From contig OZ024740.1 in the NCBI GenBank assembly GCA_964016885.1, positions 189,348,001 through 189,412,000 on the forward strand: a stretch of 64,000 nt of DNA. Reading direction: 5' to 3'. The notes under the pieces were generated by a model. The model was given only the letters and a program-made list of their open reading frames with translations, did not search any database and was not told the origin of the DNA. Position 1 is the first letter of the stretch. Each line of letters starts with the position of its first letter. Below are positions 39,001-53,094 of the stretch, piece after piece. The translations under genes and the position numbers were made by a program. This stretch comes from Eledone cirrhosa (taxonomy: Eukaryota).

Positions 39001-39599
39001 ACTGAATGGGTGAAGGTAATTGAAATGAATAGAAGGATTCCACTCTTTATAGTTTAACCTGAAATTTGATATTTACTTGCTACCTGACATGATTGAGACA
39101 TTTAGAAGATTAATACTGGTTTAAATGCAGTAAATTATGTGGCGAAGTTAAATGGATGGACCCATCCTTGATTTTGTGTTAAACCAAATCTAAAAATGCA
39201 AAGCTTAAATTCTACATTCTGTGAATTTTTAACTATGTAGTATTGTTACTTTAGTAACTAAGATGCATGAGTTAAATATTTTCTCCTGATACACACCCCT
39301 ATGATGTCAATTTGTAAATGTAACAATGTTAATTTAAACCTATTATTTGTACAATAGCAGTGCTTAACAACATATGGTTAAAGTTAATTTCAATGCCATA
39401 GAATGTTTCTTATATACTTAAGAATCTCAATTTGATTCAGTAAGAATTGCTAGAATTAAGATATATAATATATTAGTAATAATCTGATTCATTCAACCAA
39501 TCCTATTTGTGAGAAAAATGATAATTAAGTTCAGTTACTCTATGATAGGTTTAATGTAATGGAATAAAGATATAGCCTGACAAATCTATGATTTGCCAT

Positions 39600-40320
39600 C
39601 TGATAAAAATGAAGTCTAGCTATTTATCCTTCCAAAAATCTCTGGCAGTGATACGGGGGAGCATTGCCAGTTTAAGATAAATTTTACAGGCATGGAAGTG
39701 CCATCAGCTGGGCCTGTCAGAGATGCAAACAGGGTGATGAGACCATCTTGCATGCACTCGTCCAGTGTCTGAGTATTGTTGACTTGTGGGTTTATGTCGA
39801 ACATCTGCTGTCGCATATACGACAGCTCTGGGTATCAGCTGAGTTCACCATAAAGATTTCCCCACTGTCCTCCTTTAACCAAGAAGGGCAGGCAGTTTTA
39901 ATCTACCTGGGGGCCATGGTGAAAGAGGTCATATGGTGGCTGCATCCGAAAGGGTTGAAGATTGGTACTTTCCTCTTCGGCGATGCTCTCTTTAACTTTT
40001 TCTGGTTTCACCTGAAAAAGAAAGTCAGGGTGGAGAGAGAAGTGCTGCTTTCCAGCCAGTTTGTTAAAAGGTGGGTGAGAGAGGAAAGAATGGCCCATGT
40101 GGCTGGGCCTGCATTGAGCATGTAACTATAGTATTGAAGGAGGACAGCTGGGAGAGGGCACTTTGGGGAATTTGTTATTTATTTTTTATGTTTTTTTTTT
40201 TAAATGTTTATTTTCTTTAACTGTGTTATAAATTCTATTTTATGCAAAAAAAAACACTGTATAGTCCTGTACCATCTTTAATGGCTCCCTAATGTGAGCC
40301 CTATGTGGCTAATTAAAAAA
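39600..40320 (+). mobile_element. Tx1/L1-clade LINE 3' end (ORF2 C-terminal CCHC knuckle), degenerate
   Basis: In frame with ORF 39748: GALPV*DKFYRHG...CQRCKQGDETILHALVQC...DLW...KEVIWW, matching the C-x2-C..ET..H...C knuckle of L1/Tx1 ORF2. A T-rich 3' UTR and A-rich end follow. Confidence 0.75.
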
Positions 40321-40341
40321 GTATTATTATTATCATTATAT

Positions 40342-40535
40342 GGTGGTGGATTGGCTGTATCGGTAGAAGGTCGGCCGCCATGTTTTGCAGCATAGAGTTA
40401 TGGCCCTTTACGGTCTGGTTTCAAATCCTGCTGAGGTTAACTTTGCATTTCATCCTAACGGAGTCGATAAAATAAAGCACCAGTAATGCACTGGGATAAT
40501 TGCTGGCCTTGTGCCAAAAGTAGAAACAATTATTA
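40342..40535 (+). mobile_element. SINE family A, full length
   Basis: Same head, core and tail as 3254-3445. Confidence 0.85.
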
Positions 40536-41430
40536 TTATCATTATTCAAATTCCTCTGAATTCAGCTTTGCCCACCCTTTCTTTTTCAATAAAAACATAC
40601 CAATCAAGTACTTGGCTAATATAATCAACTAATCCTCACCTCATATCTGCTGACCTTGTCCCAAAATTATAAACTTTTATTATTGAAGGTCACTGGTTTT
40701 TGAAATAGGTAAAGTGGCAAATTTGCAGTATATAGTTATGAAACTCTAAGTTCAAATCTCACAGAGATTGGTTTGCCTGTTATCCTTCATGGTTGACAAA
40801 GTAAAATAGCAATTCAAGTATTGGGTAGGGTAGTGGGTAGAGAGGGAGGTGAGGGTCAATGTAATTAATTACTTCACTCACCTTAAAATGTGTCACCTTG
40901 TGATTATGTTAGATATCATTATTTTCATAATTGCTATAGAGAGGGATGGAGGTAGGTTTGTAGGTGTAATTATATATCTCTGTGAAATAACAGAGATGAA
41001 AGGAAGAGGCAATATGGCATTACGTTTTATTGGAGGATTTCTTCATTATATTTAATTAAATCATCGAATGTTTACTTATGTTTAAGCATTGCCAGAAATA
41101 AACTCTTGTTCGAAAAAGATGTATGAAAGTAACAAGAAGAAAGAGAGAGAAAAAGATACGGTAATCACTTGGAAACTGAATGATATATAACAATTTTATA
41201 TTCATCTTTCTCCATATGTGACAGTAGCATCTAAGGATATAAATTTCTCTTTCGTTTCTCTTCTTGTGTTTGTTTGTTTTATATTGTATTATCTTTATTA
41301 CTTCAGGTTAGCAAATTTCCAATAAAAGAAGTTGGAAAGAGCAAATCAATCAATGATTTGTGCCTACATGATTAGTTTGAGCATTCCTTGGCAAGAACCA
41401 GAGCAGTTTATATTACACACACTCATACAC

Positions 41431-41561
<131 letters not shown>

Positions 41562-44130
41562 TCTTTATGTGATGATGTGTTCATAGTATAAGAACCAAAT
41601 GCTATATTTAGATTATAGCTTAATCAGTTATGATCTCTTTATTTTTTATTTCTCTGTCTTTTTTTCGAATAATTTGTTCTCGATCAATATTAACTGCAAG
41701 CAATCCTTAGTGAGTACATTTATGTATTCCCAAGAGTTATGATGTCCTGAAATTGCTATGAGTTACTTAGATTCAATTATATAGAAATAAGACCCTATTT
41801 TCTAAGAAAAAATAGTAAAAATGAGAAATTTGATGATATGGAGATTTAAGTCTTGTGTAATTGTCTTTTATATAGTTGGCAAATTAGAATTTATTAGAGT
41901 GAAGTACAAAATGTTTTGCCATAATTGTTTTAGTTATTAGTGCTCTGATTTCGAATCCCACTGAGATCTCCTTTGCCTTTCATCCTTTCAAGGTCGATAA
42001 AATAGATTAGCAGAGTTATTAGAGTGTCAGATGAAAGGAATTACAAAGGGTTGTTCTTGTTCTTTTATGTTATGCATTCATGGATAGTAGATTTAATCCG
42101 TAACCCAGTTTAATATTACCACCTAGTTTTGGGGTGTTTTTAGTGATGTTCACTCTGTTATGCACCTGATTTTTGATTTGTGGATAACTTCTTTCTTTCT
42201 GAAAAAAATACGGGCTTTACCCTTCCCATTCTAACTAAATGATATGATAAAACCTGCATGCTTCTTTAGGATTTTTATTAAATATGGAAAGTGATTTAAT
42301 GATTACACAATACATTTATTGTCATCAATCTTTGTATGTGATTTTGATTAACTTTGTTAAAGCAAACAAAGATGTTGACAGATAGCTTGGATAACAGTTC
42401 ATTATTTTCAGCTGTTGCCATTGTTGTTTAGCTCAAATCAATTTTGATTGAGCAGACCTATATTTAAAGGCATTCTAGCTGTGACCATCTCATCTTTTGT
42501 GCTCTTTTCTTATTTAAGATGATAGGATGTGATTCCAGAGAGATTTAGCTGCTAATACTAACAAGTTGAATGAACACATAAACAGTATTTATTGTCTTGC
42601 TCAATTGCAGTCCATTACTGATGTGTCAGCAAGAAAAACACAATAATTACGTCAACATCCTGCTTTGTCATTTAGTTGTTAAGAAGGGAAACTAAGAAAT
42701 AAATCTTTTGCTGAAATATTTCTTGAGCACCATTTCATCTATATCAAAATATATAAAGTTATTTTCAGGGAAAAATATCTTAGTCCCACCCCCACAAAAA
42801 GAGGGAAATGAGATGCTCAGTAAATTTTATAAGATTTCTTTGTTATATATTTTGCTTGATAACTTAATTAATGTTACACATGCATACTAATTTTTTCAAG
42901 TGTAACAGCTACAATGCTGACATTCTATAATATTCTAAAAATGAAAATTCTTGGTAAGAGTATGTTTTTTTATCTAAACTAAATAATAATATTCATTTAA
43001 ACTGAATTAATTTCTCTCATAACTATTTCATGCCACTGAATAAAACATGAGTTGTGAGAAACATAAACTCCAGTTAAAAACATACACAGACACACACATA
43101 CACTCCTATATATGGTTTTATTAGCCTTGAGAAGACACATATATTGGGAGAAGAATTTTGTAAACTGAACAGGAATGAATTGTATGTGTGTGTGTCTGTG
43201 TGTGTGGTTGCATTTCTGGTTATACACATGTGTGTCTGTGTACACTAAGAAAATGGTAAAAATGTACTGTCACCACACCAGTAATTCATATTTACATGTG
43301 TGTATGTGTGTGTCCCAATGTAAGTGTATACCTCTTGGTTTAAGATCACCATCCAGCCTAATGGTGCCTTAAGTAGTAGCAGCAGCAGCAGCAGCAACAA
43401 CAGCGGCAGCAGCAACAGTAGTGGTAGTAGTAGTAATAGTAGTAGTATTGGACAGTTGTTTGTAGGCCATAACTGTCTTCAGGGATGGAATATAGTTACT
43501 TATTAGTATTCAACAGATCATTAGTTGACTTCTTAACCCCATTTAATGGCAATATTTTTATTTTATATTTATTACAACTAATATATTTTTATATACGATT
43601 TAAAACTTCACCTTTGTCTTTCTGCTTTTGTTATTGTCTTTCTTTTTTGGGGTTTAAACATTGCAGCATGAATGTATTTTTATTGTTCATCTATGCATGC
43701 ATTTATGCACATATTATGTTTGTATGAATGTATGTAGACATGTTTGCTTACATAGTCATTACATCATTACATAAAATGCCTTGTGGTATTTGTATTAGTT
43801 CTCTGCATTTTAATTCCAATTCTACAGAGGACAAATGGTAACTAAAGTTACTAAATTGTTTAGATTGCTAGTAACATATGTAAGCAGTAGTGTTGTACAG
43901 CTCTCTATGTATTCATGGCAACATTTACAACAACAACACTGATACTGAACTGTGTCAGTTATTGTTTTATTTTTTTTCCTTGGAGAACATCAATTATATA
44001 TATAGAAGAGCAACTTCCTAATTGAGCAAATTCTGGTCTTCCATGAAATGTAAAAAAACTTCCCTAGAGCTGTGCCTTGTAGAGAAACTATTCAGATGTA
44101 GCTACATACTCAGTCCTGACTGAGGAAGGC

Positions 44131-44360
44131 TGTATGTATGTATGTATGTATGTATGTATGTATGTATGTATGTATGTATGTATGTATGTATGTATGTATG
44201 TATGTATGTATGTATGTATGTACGTATGTAAGAATGCATACATGTATGTTTGTATGTATGTATGTATGTACATATGTATGTAAGCATGCATACATGTGAG
44301 TATGTTTGTATGTACGTATGTATGTAAGCTTGCATGCATACATAAGAGTATGTATGCATG
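44131..44360. repeat. (TATG)n microsatellite with a degenerate extension
   Basis: Pure to about 44220, then degenerate. Confidence 0.95.
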
Positions 44361-44782
44361 TCTTGTGAATATATGCATATATATATGTCTGCACACAGGT
44401 GTGTGTGCACACACATTTATAAGCATGCTTGTTATTATGTATCCATTTCTGTGTGTGTGTGAATATATATGTTTTGACTTATGTATGTGTGTATTTACAT
44501 GTGTATGTTTACATACTTGAGGCTAAACTTCTGGGATGCTTTACCTGTTTTTACAGTTTCATTAATGGATTGTATATTGGCTTTTATAACGTATGTCCAA
44601 ATTATTTCATTAATTTCTTTTCATATTTTATTTATTCATTTATTATTTAAGTACTTCATCTTATTGTTTTGCTTTTTTCTATTTGTCTACTTGAAAATGT
44701 TATTCTGCAAAAAATAATATTAACAACCATAACAAAAACATCGACAACAAACAACAACACCGATAATGATGATAGTGATAAA

Positions 44783-44950
44783 GGAATGCTATTTGGAATA
44801 GACAAATGTGCAATGTTAGCACTTAATAGAGAGAGAAAATATTAATATCAGAATGTACAGAGCTGCCTGATGACACAGTGATTAAAAGTGATGGGGGAAG
44901 CTGAAAGGCACAAATACCTGGATGTTTTACAGGTGGACAAAATACTGATG
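44783..44950 (+). pseudogene. Remnant of an R4/Dong-like LINE reverse transcriptase
   Basis: GMLFGIDKCAML.LNR...ELPDDTVIKS...HKYLDVLQVDKI, with frameshifts, matches the GM.FG..KCA.L...IELPDG..IK.L...YKYLG.L..D.I pattern. Confidence 0.65.
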
Positions 44951-45716
44951 ATTATGAAGATTCAATTGAATTGCTAACTATTTTAGACAATGCTGTTTCT
45001 TTAAAGAAACAATCAGTCACATATGATGCTGTTATCATTTGAAATTACAAAACCACAAGTTTGGTGAATCAAGATAAATTAGATTCAAAGATAACCTCAA
45101 ATATTTGAATAAATAAATAATGTAATTATGTTTTGTTAAATTTAGTTGTCTTTCTTGTGCTTTAGGGTTAATCACTTACACTTGAATATTTCCATTTCCA
45201 TTAATTTTGTATTTGTCATTATTACTATACAATTATTACTATTGTTCTTGTAATTATATTAATATTATCTTAGAACATTCTGAGATCTACAACAAACAGA
45301 TGAAGTGATTCAAAGCTCAGTGTCTTTTTAAAATTTTTGTTTAGCTTTTGTTTTGTTATGGCTTAGCCTGAGGAGAACAGGCAATACATATGTATTTGTT
45401 GGGTCAAAATACTTGAGGAAAGTGAGGGAGCATATCATGTGAGCTGCTAAAGTAGGAAATAACATATCAAAACAAAGCTATCTTTATACTGGATATCTTA
45501 TTTGAATGCTTATTACAAAATAAACTCTGCTAGAGGCATTCAAGTATTGTGGAGTTGCGTAAAACTGGACAATAGGTGTGAGTATATATTTCACAAGGCC
45601 ACAGACAAAGGTGTTGTTTGAAATTATTTTGTCTCTGAACTCATTGTTATAATAAATAACACTTCGCAAAAAACCAAACATATTTGTTTTATCCTGTACT
45701 TTTTTTTATTTTACAG

Positions 45717-45755
45717 ATTTTGGCATTAGCACAGGTGAACCTGATTCTAGATATT
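45717..45755 (+). CDS. sol-1: 39-bp micro-exon encoding the inter-CUB linker (N)FGISTGEPDSRY
   Basis: Strong acceptor (TTTTTTTTATTTTACAG) and donor (T|GTAAGT). Phase 1 to phase 1, keeps the frame open between the flanking exons. NFGISTG resembles, from memory, the linker before the last CUB domain of insect SOL-1. Confidence 0.82.
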
Positions 45756-45950
45756 GTAAGTATTCAACAGTTTCATTTTCAAAGTTATTTTCTGTTTCAA
45801 TAAAAAATCGAGTATGAGAATAGTATCAAAATTTATATCAAAATTCTGATCATAAAAGAAAACATAAGGTATATATATACATTATATATATATATACATT
45901 ATATATATATATTGTAAAGTATTTTCATATATATACAGACACACAATATT

Positions 45951-46005
<55 letters not shown>

Positions 46006-46294
46006 CACATAAATGAGTGAGTGTTGAGCTGAATGGATGAATGGCTGAAACTATATGCTCAATAAGCTCATTGTGAATTCTTAACTACAGAAGATGTCTC
46101 ATTTCTATCTGGTCGTTTCATTATATTTATATATGTGTTAGCTCATACAAGTGTGACAGGTAATAGGTCTTCACATCCTTTCAGTCTATCATCTACTCAA
46201 CGTTATAAAATCTTACCTAGCTACTATTAATCACTCTTATTTCAAATATAATGAATATACAAGTAGATATATATTTGTACGTGTGTGTACATAT

Positions 46295-46347
<53 letters not shown>

Positions 46348-46790
46348 TGTACGTCAATAATCATCCTTTTCCATTTTTTATGGGGTTTTAAACCCCACTA
46401 ACAGGTTAAAACATTTTTTGTCAAAAATACTGCAAAACCTTCTATTTCTACTAAATTTATGCACACGCACACACACAAAAAACAAATTACCAAAGCCATT
46501 TTACTATGAAAAACGTTGGGCATATAATCCCTGATGGCTGAAGGAAGGAATTTTGTACAGCATCAGAACTGTACACATTCATACTCTCTTCAGGGTTTTT
46601 CAGCCCAACTTAAAAGACTATTTATTATAATCAAACAATGTTGATGTTTCTTTCAAATTCAACAACTTCCTATCTCTCACTTATTCTATAAGTAGATTGT
46701 TTATATAAACTTACTCTCACACATTGCTGTAGTGGAGTCTGTGCTGCTGTATGGGTCTGAGACTTGGACACTGACCAAGTGACTCACTCA

Positions 46791-46848
<58 letters not shown>

Positions 46849-47382
46849 CACAATAACCATTAAGATTCTAATCCATGCGACAATACACCAGCCTGAGATT
46901 TGTCCTACATTGGTTAACATAGATATAAGCATACAGATCACTTAACCAACCAAGTAATGCAACTTCATAGCTATCTTGTAAAATTTCTGAAAAATCAAAA
47001 AAATAAATAAATAAATAAAACAACAATTGAATAATAGTGTAAAGTATGTCACGCCAAGCTGATACAAGTCAATGGATTTCCAAGACAAATCTAATTTTTT
47101 TATGGCTTTATGCATAAAAGCTGTCTTTCCAATCTATCATCTAAGTTTTAAATATTTTTTGTAGAACTTTATAATACAGTTACTGAGGGCTTGTATTATG
47201 TTCTCAGATTTTCAGAACTACTTACACAGCAAATTGTGTTTATTTTTTGGCAGATTATTCAGTATTATTGTATTTTGCTGTCAATAATATTGTTTGTAGG
47301 TCACCACTTATTTTCAAACAAGACAGTTATTAGTATTCAAAAGATGTTTTAGTTGATTTCTTTCATCAGTTTTGTTTGCATT

Positions 47383-47565
47383 TGGATTGGCAGTATTGGT
47401 GGAGGGTCGGACGCCATGCTTTCCAGCATAGTTACGTCCCTTTACGATCTGAGTTCAAATCCCACCGAAGTTGACTTTGCCTTTCATCCTTACGGGGTCG
47501 ATAAAATAAAGTACCAGTAATGCACTGGGTAATTGCTGGCCTTGTGCTTAAAGTATAAACAATTA
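47383..47565 (+). mobile_element. SINE family A, near full length
   Basis: Same head, core and tail as 3254-3445. Further truncated or old copies lie near 950-1120 (-), 8396-8467, 24105-24245, 33855-33960 and 41940-42000. Confidence 0.85.
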
Positions 47566-47585
47566 TATATATATAAATACTATAG

Positions 47586-47699
47586 TATAGAAATGGCTTC
47601 TACAGGACTAGAACTGTTTTATTTGGGAGAAATCATCAGAGCTTCCTGATGATTTCTCCCAAATGAAACAGTTGTAGTCCTGTAGAAGCCATTTCTATA
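47586..47699. repeat. Fold-back element with 54-bp arms, each carrying a hammerhead-like core
   Basis: Arms 47586-47639 and 47646-47699 with a 6-nt loop. The right arm reads CTGATGA-TTTCTCCCAAAT-GAAAC-AGTT-GTA. Confidence 0.9.
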
Positions 47700-48175
47700 T
47701 TAAATATTTATACTCTGCTATGTATTGAGTACCTTACTTACTGTGGTTACTCCCAATTGAACCCAGGATTAGCTTCACCACTTTGTTTGGATTGGTTTTC
47801 ACTTCTGTATCTTTGATATCTCCATAGTTAATTTATCTGGCAATCAATGATTCTCATTGACTGACCAACAGTTAAAAATGCAGATATAAATATATATATA
47901 GATATAGTCTATGAAAGTCCTTTCATCACACACCTGTGACATCATCAGTGGTATTATTATGTTTCCTCCCATTGTATTGTAATGTCTACACCATTTTTAT
48001 TTTGTTTATTTCTTTCTTCTTGTCTCTGTCTCTGTTTGTGTATGCATTTGCGTTCGTGTTTTCTGTTTGGTGTGTGTGTTCGTGTGTGAGTCTATGTGTG
48101 GTTGTTGTTATTGTATTTGTGTATATTTATTTATATTTACCTATTTACCTTAGGTATATATCTATATCTATATAT

Positions 48176-48277
<102 letters not shown>

Positions 48278-48283
48278 CATGAA

Positions 48284-48470
48284 GGCATGTGGCTGAATGG
48301 TTAGAGAATTGGATTCACGATCTTGAGGTTGTGATTTCGATTCCTGGACCGAGCGGCGCGTTATGTCCTTGAGCAAGACACTTTATTTCACGCTGTTCCT
48401 TGTACCTGGAGTTGCAACCGATAGATAGTACTAGCAACTGGAAAGACCAACGGAGACATGGTTTCCTTGG
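48284..48470 (+). mobile_element. tRNA-derived SINE family B with a CORE/V/Meta-like GTCCTTGAGCAAGACACTT domain
   Basis: A-box TGGCTGAATGGTTAG and B-box-like TTCGATTCC, then TGTCCTTGAGCAAGACACTTTATTTCAC. Confidence 0.75.
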
Positions 48471-48568
48471 TCCGATTTGACAAAACTCGATCGATATATA
48501 TATATATATATAATGTATATATATCTATATGTATATATAATGTGTATATGTATATATATATATATATA

Positions 48569-48640
<72 letters not shown>

Positions 48641-48726
48641 GTAATAATAATAAATTTGAAGACTAAAATCCAAAGAGGACTTGATAAGGATAAATATATA
48701 TCAAATATGTAAGAACCGTAGAGCAA

Positions 48727-48872
48727 ATATTTATTAAAATAACAGATTAACATTTAAGCAAAGAATCGCTGCTTTCACCCTTAACGGGATCTTCTTGAGT
48801 TTCGGAAGATCCTGTTAAGGGTGAAAGCAGCGATTCTTTGCTTAAACTTTAATCTGTTATTTTAATAAATAT
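48727..48872. repeat. Fold-back element with ~68-bp arms; the arm sequence is also dispersed at 5597-5810 (+) and 34130-34316 (-)
   Basis: ATTTATTAAAATAACAGATTAA..AAGCAAAGAATCGCTGCTTTCACCCTTAACGGGATCTTC and its reverse complement surround the loop TTGAGTTTCG. Confidence 0.92.
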
Positions 48873-48909
48873 ATATACACATATATATATAATGAATATG
48901 CATATATAA

Positions 48910-48955
<46 letters not shown>

Positions 48956-49758
48956 TTTTATAACATTATGTTATGTTATAAAAAATAGCCAAGCAATAAT
49001 TATGAAGACAAAATTGGTAGATAAAACCCTTAGGCTTATAAAAGCTTACCACTAATTTGTTTTCAACAAATGCAGTGCCTTCTTTCCAGAACTATGAAAC
49101 AAATGTTGTTGGATTCAGAAACAAACAGAAATATATGTGTTTTTGTGTTCCCTTAAATGGCTAAAAGGATTCTACCACAATGTAATTGCATAAATATTAC
49201 ATCATTTAGTTAAATTTAGCTTTAGTTGTATACATCTGATGGCCACAAAATAGCATAAATTTTAAACAACAATCTATCTCTAATAAATTCTGTCTTAACC
49301 ATGCAAACTGTCCATTAAATAATTCCTGTATTTTGACATCGATAGTTTAGTGTGCAATTTACAGCTGAAACTTCAGTTTCTAGTTGAAGACATTTTGTAA
49401 GTGATGATTTCATAATTGACAACATTTTGAAAAAGATCTGAAAAGATCTTTGAATACATGATTATCAATATATATATGGTATTTGATAAATAGCAGTGAG
49501 TGAGATTATATAATTATCTGGAATATATAATATACTATATTTCATAAATGTATTGATTGTTTTGAACTTCACTTTTTTGAACTTCACTGTTTCATAAAAG
49601 TACCATATTGAACACCTGTTCAGTGTTGATATGATTTTGTCATCACAAATGAAAATATTTGTAAAACATCATATAATAGCTGAAATTTGAATAATGATGG
49701 GTTTCATGCTCAGATAATGTATATAGTAAATAGTAGTATATGCCATGGTACAACTGAA

Positions 49759-50093
49759 GGCACATGGCTTAGTGGTTAAACCACTGGGCTTAGAATCGTC
49801 TGTTTGTGAGTTTGATTCTTGGACTGTGTGGTGTGTTGTGTCCTTGAGGAAGACATTTTATTTCATGCTACTCCAGTTTACTCAACTCTAGAAATGAGTT
49901 GCATTAATGTCAAGCTTCATTGGACTTTGCCTTTCTCTTGGACAACATCGGTTGTGTGGAAAGATGAGGCTAGTATGCATGGGCAACTGCTGGTTTTCTA
50001 CAAATAAAACCTTGCTCAGACTTTGTGCCTTGGAGGAGCAGTTTCTAGGTGCTAAGTCCATGGTGAAGCATGACTGAAGAGGGTCTCTACCTC
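49759..50093 (+). mobile_element. SINE family B, near full length
   Basis: tRNA-like head plus GTGTCCTTGAGGAAGACATTTTATTTCATG. The 3' part is shared with 52595-52868. Confidence 0.75.
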
Positions 50094-52594
50094 TATATTA
50101 TTTTACATACTTTAACACACTCAAATACTCTCATATGCATGTATATATATATGCAAAGGAATGTGGACTAGTTGTTAGAGTGTTTAGCTCAAAATAGTAA
50201 GGCCCTGAATGCAAATCCTGGCAGACTGAGCAATGTGAAGTAAATTATTTTGCTCAAGAACACAATGTGTTCCACTCTCTAGAAATTGAAGACATGATCT
50301 TATAATGATGAGACCAACACCCTCCCACTAGTACTTATATACACACTATGACATTTTACAATCGTTTTTATTCCCCAATCAAAATGTTTACATGCATGTA
50401 AGCATTATCAATTTATGTTATCATATATGTATGCATATATGCAAACAATTACATATTTGAGGATTTGACCAATATGATTTTTCCAGTAATATGGATTTGT
50501 ATACAAACCTACGAGGCTGCACATTTCAGTATGTGTACTTAACTATAATCAATATACACAAATGTTTTAACATTATCCAAGAAACAAAATAAAGGTGACA
50601 CAGCTACTCAAACAATGATTACATTCAAAGTAGTATTTTCTATTTAAATGTCATTATATGTTAAACATTTTAAGGAAATAAAATGTTGCTGTAAAAGCCA
50701 ATCGCCTAGATTGTAGAATTCTTATTATCAGAAAAAAGACAAATTGGAAATTGACTGGGACATGGAAGCACTTCAACAGTTTCAATTGTTGCATTGATTC
50801 TACAAGGAAGAATTTCCAGTTTTGTATAATGTTGGTTATTGCCTATGTTAAATTTGATTAACATACTTGAAAACTGAAATATACTAGTAAAACTTGTGCT
50901 TGATGAATTGGTGAAACAAATTAGAATTTGTTGGATTCTATTCTGTAGTAGCATGAAGTGCATTCAGGAAAGATAGCTCTGTAAATCATCTCAATTGTGG
51001 GTGATATTCAGGTCACATATGTAGAGAGACATAAAGATTAGATAAGTAATTTTCCATAATGAAGGCACTACAAATTTGCTTTTTGTTATTTCTGTTATTA
51101 GAAGTATTTGTTAGAGGGAGAAGTTATGATACAGCCTGGAGTTATTCTCAGTGGATATCAATCCTTTAGATTATTTTTTTTCTGGGAGTATACATTTTAG
51201 ATAATAGATAGTCTAAAAAGGAAGACAATTTGAGAAACAAATAAATTTAATTATTTGTGATGAATTATTTATAAGATTATATATAATTTATTATACTATT
51301 AGATTCACTTTTCATGATGAAACATTTGATTTATTTATCCAGTAGATTCTGTAAAGTGGTTGGTGTTAGAAAGAGCATCTAGCCATAGAAAACTTGCCAA
51401 ATAAAAGAGTGGGAGGACTCATCAGCTAACCTCCCAAAGTATTGTTGATTTACCTGATAAACACCTTCTACACTCGGTAAAGTGGTTGGTGATAAGAGAG
51501 GAATCTACACATAGAAAACCTGAAAAACGAAGGCTTAGGAGGACTTTTCAGCTGTGTTAAATACATAGAAACCTCTCTAATGTTGGTCTCATAATGAAAT
51601 GCATTTGATAGGGCACAGGATTGTATGTAAGCAAGATGCAGGCATTTGGCTCATTTGTGAGGTTAGGATCTTTACTGCAGTACCAAACTTGTCTGTTGAT
51701 AACCATTCAACTATTGTTAACTGATGATGATGATTACATCTAAATTAAGTGCTAGCCAGTTCCATCTCTGATCATGATTAGGTTTCTTATTTCTGAATGT
51801 AAGTATAGCACATGACTAGATTTTAACTATGTAGCTTTATTTTTATACTAAGGTTCATATATACTAAAAACCATTTATAGGAAAACATACCTGCTGATAA
51901 TTAGAGATTAAAATGTAATGTAGATGTAGGTATAAAAACGTATAATATTTAAAGAAAACGTTAACCCCTATACAATTATAAACTTATAAACAATTTATTG
52001 AAGCAAAACTCTCCCAATTTTGCACTTAGTGTAAGGCATGATATAAAATTATGCTACAAACAAGCCTTTAAGGCATAAAATATATAGCTAACCCTGAAAT
52101 ATAGATAGATAGATAAATATATATATATATATATATAGATGGATAGGTAGATAGATAAATATATAGGTAGATAGGTAGGTAGGTATGTTTTGGTTGGTTG
52201 GTGGTAGAGAGTGAGAGAAAGAGAGTGTAGCACAGTGGGAAAGAGCTTATAAAATAAAAGTCTTTGGCAGCAAATACGTGTTTCTCTATTAGACACTAAA
52301 TTTTATGGTTCCTCAGTACTTATCTGTTTCACTTTAGTATCTTTTAGCCAGAGTTATGAAGGGCCTTAAGTTATAAAAAATAACATGCTTCTTTTGAAAG
52401 TTCTGATACAATTATTCAATCTTGTACAATTTATCCCAATTGTGCAATCTTTACACTACATCAAAAACATCTCAGCTATTTTAAAACCAGAGTCAGTAGT
52501 TCTTCAGAATACCCCATTGCTTTCATTTATTTTGTTTTATCTAATGGAATGCAACTGATACAAATATTGGTATAAAAATCCTTCGAATTTCTGA

Positions 52595-52868
52595 TCAGTT
52601 GTTGTGTTGTGTCCTTGAGCAAGACACTTTATTTCATGTTGCTCATGTTTACTCAGCTCCAGAAATGAGTTGCGACATCTCAGGTACCAAGCAGCGTTGA
52701 CCATTGCCTTTCCCTTAGACAACATCAGTGGCATGGAGAGAGGAGGCTAGTATGCATGGGTGACTGCTGGTCTTCCACAAACAACCATGCCTGGACTTGT
52801 GTTTCGAAGGGGACCTTTTTAGGTGCAAATCTCATGCTCATTTGTGACCGAAGAGGGTCTTTACTCTT
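52595..52868 (+). mobile_element. SINE family B, 5'-truncated, just upstream of a CUB exon
   Basis: Collinear with 49830-50093 (GAGGCTAGTATGCATGGG..ACTGCTGG, TGACCGAAGAGGGTCT). Confidence 0.75.
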
Positions 52869-52922
52869 TAACATATATATATATGAACGATTTAGAATAA
52901 TCTTATTTTGTACTTTTTTCAG

Positions 52923-53094
52923 TATGTGGGTTCAACTATAAGAGCATTTTAGCATCTTCTGGGTTTTTCACTTCACCAAATTATCCAGGAAAATACCCAA
53001 GAATTACGGAATGTCACTATCTGTTTTATGGTCAGAAAGGTGAAAAAGTAATAATTGACTTCACGAAATTTGAAGTTGATGGTGTTAAACCAAA
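52923..53094 (+). CDS. sol-1: Exon: N-terminal half of the last CUB domain
   Basis: Acceptor TTTTTTCAG, donor AA|GTAAGT. Translates (L)CGFNYKSILASSGFFTSPNYPGKYPRITECHYLFYGQKGEKVIIDFTKFEVDGVKP, with the canonical CUB SPNYP..YP...C.Y motif. Phase 1 to phase 2. Missed by the ORF track. Confidence 0.92.

Noticed and set aside
46010-46610. Weak fold-backs near 46010-46075 (with GAAAC) and 46515-46610 (with CTGAAGA on the minus strand)
   Set aside because: Too degenerate to assign a hammerhead fold. They may be old members of the same class.
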